Assembly (NCBI GenBank): GCA_963840035.1
Contig: CAWIXE010000001.1
Coordinates: 288,001-352,000 of the forward strand
Source: a candidate division FCPU426 bacterium
GTDB taxonomy: Bacteria; Oederibacteriota; PGYV01; Palsa-1178
Length of the DNA stretch: 64,000 bases
Direction: 5' to 3'
The notes below the pieces were generated by a model. It saw only the letters and a list, made by a program, of their open reading frames with translations. It ran no database searches and had not been told where the DNA came from. Positions 40,144 through 49,115 of this stretch are shown piece by piece. Made by a program: the position numbers and the translations under genes. Position 1 is the stretch's first letter; every line of letters starts with the position of its first letter.

Positions 40144-40172
40144 TTGACAAAATATTGCCTGCTGATTATACT
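40144..40172 (+). promoter_or_regulatory. Sigma70 promoter of the pilin cluster
   Basis: TTGACA-17-TATACT. Confidence 0.7.
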
Positions 40173-40208
40173 ATTAATGAGGGATCTACAGACTAAAAGG
40201 ATGATGCC

Positions 40209-42827
40209 ATGAAAACTCTAAGGAAAAAGAGCGGTTTTACTTTCATAGAGACCATGATTTCCGCGATTGTTGTTACTTTCGTTATTTTAGCCACTATAAA
40301 CCTCATGACTTCAGTATATAAGGGCATTGTAACCCTTCAGCAAAAGACCTTTTCCACATCCATTGCCACTGAAGAACTTGACCTCATGAAACAGACCGGC
40401 TTTGCCAACCTGCCCATTACGCCTGACGACTGCCTTCCCGAGCCTTTGAACAACCTTTACAGCGCGACAAACCTGATGCCTCCGGTCACCTCAAAAAACA
40501 CCAGTTTTGGATATACTGTTTTTAAAGTGGTGCAGCAGGCACAGGAAGACTCGGACGGCACCATAAAGCCCGTTCTGCAGGCCGACCTTCCCGCTGACGC
40601 GGACCTTAACATAAAATACCTCGCCGTATATGTGGCCTACCAGTCCATGGGAGTTACAAAAACCACCAGGGCAACCGGACTTCTTGCAAACAGGGAAATC
40701 GGCCTGAAAGGCTCCTCTGTTTCCGGCAGAATATATAAAATACTCCCCAGCGGCACTCCTGTGGCGCCCGGCGTGGGTTCAAACGCCACTGTGTATGTAG
40801 TCGGCTTCCCTGAGTACACTTCGCTGCAGTACGACGCAAACGGGAATTATACTATTGAAAATGTCATGCCCGGCTCGTTCATACTCCACGCGGCCGGCGT
40901 CGGCTTTGCCGATACATATTACGCTTCCAACCCCCTTGTTATATCCAGCACCGCGCAGACAATAACCGGGGTTAATTTTAACTGCGCCGCCGTTGACGGC
41001 GCGTCTGTCACAGGAAATGTTTACATCGGCATTGTCATTACCCCGTCCGCGACGCCGACGCCTCTTGCCACCGTAGCCACAGCAGCGCCTACCGCGGTGT
41101 GCAACACTGCCGTGCTTATGGCCACGGGCATCATGGGGTCAAAAGTATCTGACTGGGACAACCATGACGAAATAACGTACCAGGATAGCCGCTGGGCAAG
41201 CGAGTCTTCCACAAATGACAAACTCATCTATACTAACTTTGATGACACTACCATAGCAAATGTTGTTATTTCAAACGTCGAGGTAAAGGCATACACGCAA
41301 ATACGGTACCTTCTGTTTAACCCGGGCACCAGGGTGTCCAATCTGCAGATAACAAATAACAGCGGCACCAGCTGGGCTAATACCTGCTGCCCTTCGCCAA
41401 ATGGATGGACCGGCACAATTACCACAAGTTTCGCCGGAATTACATTCGCGAACGCTGCCGCTGTGCAGTCCATAAACATAACAAGCCTTTATACCACATG
41501 GGACTGGGCAAAAGTAAACGCACTGGGCGCTGCTGTGCGCACAAAAAATCTCACATCATGGAGCGGAGCTTACATGGACGCCATGTGGCTTGAGGTTGAT
41601 TACTGCCAGTTTACGCCGACTCCGGTAAACACAAATACGTTTACGCCCACTCCAAACTCCACACCGACGGCAACGCCCATTCCGTGCGCTAACGGCGCCA
41701 TTGTAAAAGCCCTGGACGGCCTTTCCCTTCAGACCACCACGTCAGGTTGTTACTACCAGATAACGGATATAAACCCTGCCACGGGGTTTACTTCAGTGTC
41801 AGCTTCTTTTGCCTACGCCGGCCGCTCATACTACAAGCTCATGACAGGCGTGCCTGTCGCGGCAAGCGTTACCACTTACCTGGATATAATGCTTGAGGAA
41901 ACTTCCGGCATACCTACCATAAACGGCTTTGTATATGACGCGCAGAATACTTCCCTGCCATTAGTCGGGGTGGACGTTTATCTGTCCGACCCCACGGCAG
42001 TATCGCCCACCACTTCCGGCGGCGGCGCTTACACCATAAACCCGGCTGATACAGGCACCTGGACTCTCTATGCGGCAGCGCCGGGTTATGTCATACAAAA
42101 CAACATTAACATAACCGTCGTAAACGGCATTAATACAGCCCCGAATATCTACATGTACAGGGTGGGCGACCTCTCAGGCGTTGTCACTGATTATTCCGAC
42201 GGCTCGCCCGTGGCAGGCAGGGAGATACAGATCCTTGACAGCTCCAATACCGTTATAAAAACAGGTACCTCTGACGTTGACGGAAACTATCTGATTAAGG
42301 ACATCCCCGTTGCCGCGAATTATAAGGTTTACATAAACCTTACATCTTCAGGGTACACATGCTCTTTCCCCTCGGCAGGTTATTACAAGCCGGTATCCAT
42401 CATTCACGGCGGCACAGTCACCAATAAGAACTTCAAGATAAAGCAGACCACAGATTTAATAAAAGGAAAGATCCAGTTAAACGGCGCGGACATACCTGAC
42501 GGCGTCATGGTCCTGGCTTACCCGTCTTCCGTCACCTATCATGCCCAGGATTACATAAAAACCAGCACTAACCCACTGCTCCAGTCTTTTACAGGCCGCA
42601 ACAGGATGACATACCCCATATACGGTTTTATCAGCCAGCGCGACGCCTCATACTCCATCGACGTCCCCACCGGCGTTAATTACGACATATACGCCTATTA
42701 CTCCATTATTAATTACACCACCAATCCAAGGACGGTCACAAATTACTATAAAAAAATTACAGGCATAGCGCCTGGAAGCTCGGGCCAGGATATCACCGGA
42801 AACTTATCAGCCTGGACTCCATACTAA
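40209..42827 (+). CDS. Very large type IV pilin-like protein (PilV position) with carboxypeptidase-regulatory-like beta-sandwich repeats
   Basis: RKKSG|FTFIE class III signal, repeated V(S/T)G.V..T...G.Y.I modules, Thr-Pro linkers. Confidence 0.8.
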   Translation: MKTLRKKSGFTFIETMISAIVVTFVILATINLMTSVYKGIVTLQQKTFSTSIATEELDLMKQTGFANLPITPDDCLPEPLNNLYSATNLMPPVTSKNTSFGYTVFKVVQQAQEDSDGTIKPVLQADLPADADLNIKYLAVYVAYQSMGVTKTTRATGLLANREIGLKGSSVSGRIYKILPSGTPVAPGVGSNATVYVVGFPEYTSLQYDANGNYTIENVMPGSFILHAAGVGFADTYYASNPLVISSTAQTITGVNFNCAAVDGASVTGNVYIGIVITPSATPTPLATVATAAPTAVCNTAVLMATGIMGSKVSDWDNHDEITYQDSRWASESSTNDKLIYTNFDDTTIANVVISNVEVKAYTQIRYLLFNPGTRVSNLQITNNSGTSWANTCCPSPNGWTGTITTSFAGITFANAAAVQSINITSLYTTWDWAKVNALGAAVRTKNLTSWSGAYMDAMWLEVDYCQFTPTPVNTNTFTPTPNSTPTATPIPCANGAIVKALDGLSLQTTTSGCYYQITDINPATGFTSVSASFAYAGRSYYKLMTGVPVAASVTTYLDIMLEETSGIPTINGFVYDAQNTSLPLVGVDVYLSDPTAVSPTTSGGGAYTINPADTGTWTLYAAAPGYVIQNNINITVVNGINTAPNIYMYRVGDLSGVVTDYSDGSPVAGREIQILDSSNTVIKTGTSDVDGNYLIKDIPVAANYKVYINLTSSGYTCSFPSAGYYKPVSIIHGGTVTNKNFKIKQTTDLIKGKIQLNGADIPDGVMVLAYPSSVTYHAQDYIKTSTNPLLQSFTGRNRMTYPIYGFISQRDASYSIDVPTGVNYDIYAYYSIINYTTNPRTVTNYYKKITGIAPGSSGQDITGNLSAWTPY

Positions 42828-42839
42828 TAAGGCGGACTT

Positions 42840-43499
42840 ATGAATCTGATAAAAAAGAAAAAAGGCTTTACGCTGCTTGAGCTCATGCTTTCCGTGGCCA
42901 TTTTATCCATAGTCGGCGTCGGTCTGCTCGGCCTTTTCAGGGACGGACTGATGATGTGGAACATGGGCACTGCCAGGCTCTCCCTTACAGCCGAGGCCAG
43001 GGTGGCCATGATGGCGGTAAGGAAAATGATACAGCAGTGCCAGGGCGCCACCATATCCATATCCCGTTTTAACAGCAGCCAGCCTGCCAACAGTTACATC
43101 TCGGCAGTGCTTATGGAGTCCGTGTTTATCGAAACCGTGCAGACCCGCTGCGGCTGCGGCGGAGCCACAGATCCCATCACCGTAGGCGCCACAGGCGCGC
43201 CGGTTGAACTTTTTCAGAAAGGCACCAACCTTTTAAGCGTTTTTCCCGTTGTCGCGCCCGGTACTGACTGGACGGATAAGGCGGAGGTTACCGCAAACAC
43301 GACATATAAGACGCTTACCATATCGGCAAACGTAGAGTCCATCATGTTCTCCTTCCTTGACTCTAAAAAAGGCAACGTCGTCGTGGTCGGCGCCAGGTTC
43401 TCAAAAAAGGCCTGGCAGAACAGGCCTCCTGTTAGCGTATATATTAAAGAATCCGTCATAGTAAAACATATGCATTCAGCCGGATATTACTACAATTAG
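42840..43499 (+). CDS. Type IV minor pilin (PilW-like)
   Basis: KKKKG|FTLLE prepilin motif. Confidence 0.85.
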   Translation: MNLIKKKKGFTLLELMLSVAILSIVGVGLLGLFRDGLMMWNMGTARLSLTAEARVAMMAVRKMIQQCQGATISISRFNSSQPANSYISAVLMESVFIETVQTRCGCGGATDPITVGATGAPVELFQKGTNLLSVFPVVAPGTDWTDKAEVTANTTYKTLTISANVESIMFSFLDSKKGNVVVVGARFSKKAWQNRPPVSVYIKESVIVKHMHSAGYYYN

Positions 43500-43509
43500 A
43501 GTTTGGCTC

Positions 43510-45177
43510 ATGAGAGGCAGAAAAATGAATAAAAAAAAGGTAAAGAAACAAAAAAACATATTAAGAAAACTAAAAAAAACAAAAGGACAGTCCCTGCCCG
43601 TCATACTGGTGCTTGCCTCGCTTTTGGGCATTCTCGCTACAGCACTGTTAAACCTGCTGGTTTATGAGTCAAAATTCATGGTCAAATCCAGCTGCATCAC
43701 GCAAAAACAGGAGCTAGCTACGCTGGCCCTGGAGCATGTCATGTACAAACTCCAGCAGGAGGATCTGTGGACAAATCCGCCTGCCACTTTTTACGGTTAC
43801 ACCCATGAGTTTACATCCGACCTCGGCAATTACGCGGTCCATGTGACCCCGGGAAACTTGTTTTTTACCACCCTTACAGACCCGTCCACAAGGCAGGCTA
43901 AAACCGAGTTTAAAACCATAGGTATAAAGGTCAAGACATCCACCTTAAACTGCACCGGCGCCTATTATGCCGTTATCCAGCGCATGTCCTTTGGCGGCCC
44001 TCTTGTGTCCAAGGGCAAGATAGCTCTTCCATGCACTACGGCAAAAGCGGACGACCCTAATTTTTACTGGGGCGATATTTTCTCCGCGAATACAAATACA
44101 GGCTACTGCAGGATTCCCCTTGTAAACGTCACCAAACAGGTGGCCGGCTACCGCGCGCAGTGGCTGCCTAAAGTTTATTCAAATAACGACATCTTCACCA
44201 CCGTGGGTTACGGCACAGGCAGGACCGGCACATACATTTTTGCCACCACTTATGACGACATGAGCCCGACCGCGCACTGCCACCCTTACTCGGAATTCGC
44301 GCAGGCACCTGAAGTGGATTATGATTCATACAGGATGCAGGCAAAACTGCAGGGTTCCTATTACGGGCCCCCGACTATCCCCGGCATTGGCGCGAATCCG
44401 TACTACATAAACGACGGTCTTCACGACGTTGTCACTGCCGGCACCATGACAAATGACGTAACTCAGGCAAATGTCGTGAACATCATGGGAAAACTGCGCA
44501 ATATCGCCTCAGTACTCTTCATAGACACCACAGACGGCCTGCCTGTAAGGACAACGCCATGCAACACATACGCAGGCAGCGTCAACATAACCGCGAACTA
44601 CGCCACTGATAAAGCACTGCGTTTCTATGTCAGCGACACAAACCAGTATATGACAGCAGGGACCCTTGTTGTTCAGGGGCCGCTCATGCTTATCGGCGAC
44701 AGGCCTGATAAAATAGCGGCGCCGGGCGGTTTTATCTGGGGCTACGGCTTCGGGTCAGGCACCACAGCGGACGATATCTGGAACGTAAAGCACCCTGATA
44801 ATAATTACTACCCTCAAAATAACGACGGAGCCCATTATGTCAGGAACTTTGCGGACGACTCCCTTTCACGCCTTGAAAATGTCAAACACTACGGCACCAT
44901 ATATATGGGCGGCGAACTGCGCATAGGCGGCCCGCGCACAGCCGGCGCTCCTGTTTCCAACGTGTGTATCTACGGCGCCATTTACCTGGATCCTCTTGGA
45001 AAACTCAGCATGGAAGGCGAAACAGCCACCACATATGACAATTCCCTTCTTTATGTTTACTATAACAGGGATTTTAATTCTTTCGGCATGCAGGGCGGCT
45101 CGGTTGAAGTGGTCTCTTTCAGCGAATTTACTTTCCTTATACCCACTCCGAACCCGGTTTATCCCGCTTCCTTCTGA
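43510..45177 (+). CDS. PilX/GspK-like minor pilin, enlarged
   Basis: Basic leader, KG|QSLPVILV lacking Glu5, hydrophobic helix. Confidence 0.7.
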   Translation: MRGRKMNKKKVKKQKNILRKLKKTKGQSLPVILVLASLLGILATALLNLLVYESKFMVKSSCITQKQELATLALEHVMYKLQQEDLWTNPPATFYGYTHEFTSDLGNYAVHVTPGNLFFTTLTDPSTRQAKTEFKTIGIKVKTSTLNCTGAYYAVIQRMSFGGPLVSKGKIALPCTTAKADDPNFYWGDIFSANTNTGYCRIPLVNVTKQVAGYRAQWLPKVYSNNDIFTTVGYGTGRTGTYIFATTYDDMSPTAHCHPYSEFAQAPEVDYDSYRMQAKLQGSYYGPPTIPGIGANPYYINDGLHDVVTAGTMTNDVTQANVVNIMGKLRNIASVLFIDTTDGLPVRTTPCNTYAGSVNITANYATDKALRFYVSDTNQYMTAGTLVVQGPLMLIGDRPDKIAAPGGFIWGYGFGSGTTADDIWNVKHPDNNYYPQNNDGAHYVRNFADDSLSRLENVKHYGTIYMGGELRIGGPRTAGAPVSNVCIYGAIYLDPLGKLSMEGETATTYDNSLLYVYYNRDFNSFGMQGGSVEVVSFSEFTFLIPTPNPVYPASF

Positions 45178-45180
45178 TAA

Positions 45181-46947
45181 ATGGCAGCCATGCTGAATAA
45201 GGCCTTAAAACTTTCGCCGCTTTTTTTTATTCTATCAATGCTTTTCTTTTCATCCAATTTGTATGATTCGTTTCAGCTGGCAAAAACCGCGGCTCTGGCC
45301 CTCGGGCTGGTTTTTTTTCTGATTATTTACCTTATCTCCGGCAGCAAACCCATGTTTTCCTTTTCCCTTGCGGCCGCGTTCCTGCTTTTTTTATGGTTCT
45401 CATTCTCCCTTATTTCTTCGCGCAATAACCCGCCGCTTTTTCAGGGGCTTTTGTTTTTAGCCCCGGCAGCGTTCTTTGTTTTTTACCTGAAACCTCCCCA
45501 TATCCGCAGTCTCCTGCTTGCCTTAAACCTGACGGCCCTCACAGCCATGGCATACGGCCTGTGGCAGTTTTCCTTTGGAGGGCAGTCAAGGCCGTACTCG
45601 TTTTTCGGCAACCCTATTTTTTTCGCCGAATTCTGCGCCGGGCTGCTCCCTTTCATGCTTGCCGGCCTGATAATACCCGGCAGGCACAGGATTTTTTCGC
45701 TTGTGAATGTTGTCCTTTTTCCGGCGGTGCTCATCGTGTGCTCTTCAAGGGGCGCAGCCATTTCCTCTGCGGTATCGTTGGCGGTGTTCATATACTATTA
45801 CGCGCGTTCGGGATATAAGAACGGCCCAGGCTTAAAAACAGCCGGTATTATTCTGGCCTCTTTTCTTGCCGTCGCAATTTTACTGCCTGGGTTTTCCTCT
45901 TCCCTGCAGTCAGCCGTATCCAGGGCAAAATTTCTCATCTCCTCCTCAAACCCGGAAATTAAGAACAGGATATTGATGGTAAAAACAGCCGCTGAAATTT
46001 TTAAAACATCCCCTGCCGCGGGCGCCGGCGCGGGCGCGGTCAGGCTGCTGCATCCGGCCATGCAGGCAAAGGAAATAAAGAACAACCCCGGATTTGATTA
46101 TGTCAGCACTTCCTACTCCCACAACGACTACGCCCAGCTCCTGGCTGAGACAGGCGCCGTGGGGCTGCTGCTATACCTTGCCTTTATATTCTCCGTAATG
46201 GCAGGCGCTGAAAAAGCGGCGCCGTACATGGATAAGGACAGCCTTATTATTTCCTCCGCGGGCGCGTGCTCCATTCTTTTTTTCATGTGTGAATCATTTT
46301 TCAATTTTCCCCTTTTTTCCATGCCCTCCGCGCTGCTGCTTTTCGCCGTCTGCGGCATTACGGCCTCCATCACCCTAAAGTTCACTGAAAAAATCATAAT
46401 ACTGCCCCGCGCTGTAACTGCCGCGGCTGTTATCGTCATACTGACCATAACCGGTTTTTGCGCTTTCCGCGGAGCGGGCCCTCTTGTGTCAAATTTTTCC
46501 CTTAAATACGCGCAGGCCCTGGACGCGCAGGATAGCCCCTACGCGGATGTTTACTATAAAAAAGCCATAAAGCTTGACCCGTCCGGTTTTTACGCTTATG
46601 CGGCCTTCGCGGATTACCTTGCCAGGTATAAGGCGTTAAACGAGGCCTTTGACATGTACGCGTTGGCCTCAAAAATAATGCCCTATTCCTCCGACATGAT
46701 ATATAATATGGGAAACATGCTTTTTATGCTTAACAGGCCTGAGGATGCCGTTGCGTACTATGAGAAAGCCATATTTTATTTCCCGGCGTTCGCGCAGGCT
46801 CATTACATGATGTACAGGTCGCTGATGGCCCTTAAAAAGGAAAATGAAGCTGTTAAATTCCTGCAGGCCGCCATCAAAGCCGACCCTTCAGTGGTAAAAA
46901 ACTCATTCAAGGGGCAGATAATGTATTTCGGGGAAGTGACAAAATGA
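45181..46947 (+). CDS. O-antigen ligase / O-oligosaccharyltransferase-like protein with C-terminal TPRs
   Basis: SFFGNP, SSRGA, GAGAG and SHNDYAQLLAETG motifs; TPR tail. Confidence 0.85.
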   Translation: MAAMLNKALKLSPLFFILSMLFFSSNLYDSFQLAKTAALALGLVFFLIIYLISGSKPMFSFSLAAAFLLFLWFSFSLISSRNNPPLFQGLLFLAPAAFFVFYLKPPHIRSLLLALNLTALTAMAYGLWQFSFGGQSRPYSFFGNPIFFAEFCAGLLPFMLAGLIIPGRHRIFSLVNVVLFPAVLIVCSSRGAAISSAVSLAVFIYYYARSGYKNGPGLKTAGIILASFLAVAILLPGFSSSLQSAVSRAKFLISSSNPEIKNRILMVKTAAEIFKTSPAAGAGAGAVRLLHPAMQAKEIKNNPGFDYVSTSYSHNDYAQLLAETGAVGLLLYLAFIFSVMAGAEKAAPYMDKDSLIISSAGACSILFFMCESFFNFPLFSMPSALLLFAVCGITASITLKFTEKIIILPRAVTAAAVIVILTITGFCAFRGAGPLVSNFSLKYAQALDAQDSPYADVYYKKAIKLDPSGFYAYAAFADYLARYKALNEAFDMYALASKIMPYSSDMIYNMGNMLFMLNRPEDAVAYYEKAIFYFPAFAQAHYMMYRSLMALKKENEAVKFLQAAIKADPSVVKNSFKGQIMYFGEVTK

Positions 46948-48428
46948 AGGAAAAAAAAGGAAACACCGGGGTTGAAAAACTTTTTTCATACGCTGAAAAC
47001 TACCCCATAACGCCCGCGGCCTACATGGCTGTGTTTTTATGCATTTCATTCATAAGGAATTTTATGGAAGGAGCCCTTGAAAAATCCCGCTCCATCGGAA
47101 CACACCCCGCGTCCATAGATACGACATTCATGCAGATGGGCGTGCTCTTTAACCTGGAGTGGATAACCCTTCTGGCTGCCATTGCCCTTGCCGTACGCGC
47201 CGCCACAGGCCAAAAAATAGCCGCTGTCATGAAAGTCATTCTTTTTTTCTACGTATGGATTGCAATTGTCCCCTTCTTTGATTTTTTCGCCTATTACCCA
47301 TCCGGCTGCTCCATTGAATATCTTTATACCTTTAAGGACTATCTGAACGCCCTGGCCTTCTTTTTTGTCCCTTTTAAGGACGCGGGCGTATGCGCCGGCA
47401 TCAGATTTGAGGTTTTTGCCGCCTTTATTTTCTGCGCCGCCTATGTTTTTATCAAAACAAGATCGCTGTTAAAATCATCATCCGCGGCGCTGGCGCTTTA
47501 TTTTCTGGCAGTCTCTTCCATGGCTTTCCCGGTTTTCATACTCCTGCCCGCGCTTCCCTTTAACATGCCCAGCAGCGACAGCTTCATAAAGACATTTTTC
47601 TTCGGAGTTTCATACGGCCCGGACTTTTTTGGCAGGGTTTCCCTTATGATTATTTTTCTTCTTGTCCCTGTATTAACGGCGGTTTTATACCTTCACAAAG
47701 GCGCGGCTGAATTTAAAAAAACCATATCTTCGCTTTTTTCGCCTTTTGCCCTGGCTTTCCCCGCGCTTTATCTTGCCGGAGCGCTTCAATATAAAGGCGG
47801 CCTTGAGCTTCCTTTCTTATCCTATCCCTTTGACCCGGCGTACCTTGCGGCAGGCCTGCTCGGCGCCCTGCTTGTCGGGTTTTTTGTGGAATCTTTTTCA
47901 AAACAGGCTGGCGGGTTTTCCGCTTCTTTTATCCCGGCCCTTGCCGGATTCCTGTTCGTTGCGCTTTCATTCAGGGTCTTCCTCGTATATGTTTTTATCA
48001 TGAGCCTTGTTTATCTTTTTTACTCCGCTCCGTTTAAGCTTTCGCGCTTTAAGGGTTTTGAACCCCTGTTTTTTGCCCTGATTTTCCCCTGCGTTTTTTT
48101 ATCAGGCTACGCGTCCGTCGCCGGCGCCTCATTTTTATCGCTGAACCTGCAGCTGGCTGCCTCGATAATTCCACTGTGCCTGTTTGCGTCATTAAAACCA
48201 GGCATACTTCCAAAATCCGCCCACGCTTCGCTTATGATGCTTTCATGCCTGATGATTCCTGTGGCGGCGCGGGTTCCTTCGCTATTTTTCCCGGCAATCG
48301 CCGCGGCCCTGATATCGGCGGCAATAGTCTTCATAAAAATCCCCGACAACCGTAAGAAGACGCTGCTTTATACCTTGCTTTCATTATTTATGGTGATGCT
48401 GGGGGTTTATATTAAGTTTGGTGGGTAG
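46944..48428 (+). CDS. Polytopic membrane protein of unknown function
   Basis: Many TM helices; overlaps the upstream gene by ATGA. Confidence 0.7.
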   Translation: MKEKKGNTGVEKLFSYAENYPITPAAYMAVFLCISFIRNFMEGALEKSRSIGTHPASIDTTFMQMGVLFNLEWITLLAAIALAVRAATGQKIAAVMKVILFFYVWIAIVPFFDFFAYYPSGCSIEYLYTFKDYLNALAFFFVPFKDAGVCAGIRFEVFAAFIFCAAYVFIKTRSLLKSSSAALALYFLAVSSMAFPVFILLPALPFNMPSSDSFIKTFFFGVSYGPDFFGRVSLMIIFLLVPVLTAVLYLHKGAAEFKKTISSLFSPFALAFPALYLAGALQYKGGLELPFLSYPFDPAYLAAGLLGALLVGFFVESFSKQAGGFSASFIPALAGFLFVALSFRVFLVYVFIMSLVYLFYSAPFKLSRFKGFEPLFFALIFPCVFLSGYASVAGASFLSLNLQLAASIIPLCLFASLKPGILPKSAHASLMMLSCLMIPVAARVPSLFFPAIAAALISAAIVFIKIPDNRKKTLLYTLLSLFMVMLGVYIKFGG

Positions 48429-48444
48429 TGGGTGGTGGCGCTGC

Positions 48445-48644
48445 CGGCGGCGGGAGTGGCTGGTGTTTTTTGATACAGCACAGGCTCAAACTGCTGCTTC
48501 AAGTAAACTCGCGACATTTTCTCCGGCACGTGCGGATACTCTCAAAGTAACCCTCTGAACCTCACGCGTGTTATATTCCCCACTTTTGGATAACCTCGCC
48601 CAATTAAACCCGTATCAAAAAAACAGCAGACGCTCACACCGACG
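48445..48644. mobile_element. MITE-like 200 bp element, copy 1
   Basis: Imperfect TIRs cggcggcgggagtggctggtgttttttgata / tatcaaaaaaacagcagacgctcacaccgacg. Confidence 0.7.
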
Positions 48645-48713
48645 GCTATGGGATGTGGGTTGAAGGTAAGGTCAAAAGTGGACAGGATATGGCAAAAATA
48701 ACCGCAACGCTGC

Positions 48714-48914
48714 CGGCGGCGGGAGTGGCTGGTGTTTTTTTGATATAGCACAGGCTCAAACTACTGCTTCAAAATATCTCCCGCAAATCTCTCCGGCACG
48801 TCCGCACACCCTCAAAGTAACCCTCTGAACCTCACGCGTGTTATATTATCAACTTCCGGATAACCTCGCCCAATTAAACATGTATCAAAAAAACAGCAGA
48901 CGCTCACGCCGCCG
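48714..48914. mobile_element. MITE-like 200 bp element, copy 2
   Basis: Close homolog of copy 1 along its whole length. Confidence 0.7.
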
Positions 48915-49006
48915 TACAATGGGCTATGTGTAATATTTTTCCGGGTTCCAGCGTGCGGGCCGCCACATGGGGCGGCCCCTACATGGTAAGTAATAATTCA
49001 TAAAAC

Positions 49007-49034
49007 ACAAAAGCGGGCTTTCGCCCGCTTTTGT
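49007..49034. terminator. Intrinsic terminator (symmetric)
   Basis: acaaaagcgggc-tttc-gcccgcttttgt. Confidence 0.85.
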
Positions 49035-49115
49035 TTGTTTCTATTTTATTCTTTCTTCTGGTTTTATCTTTACTTCTGTCTCTTGTCTCCTGACTCTTGC
49101 CTCCTAAAATTTTCG

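Noticed and set aside
48445..48914. Integron attC sites
   Set aside because: No RYYYAAC/GTTRRRY cores, no cassette ORFs and no integrase.
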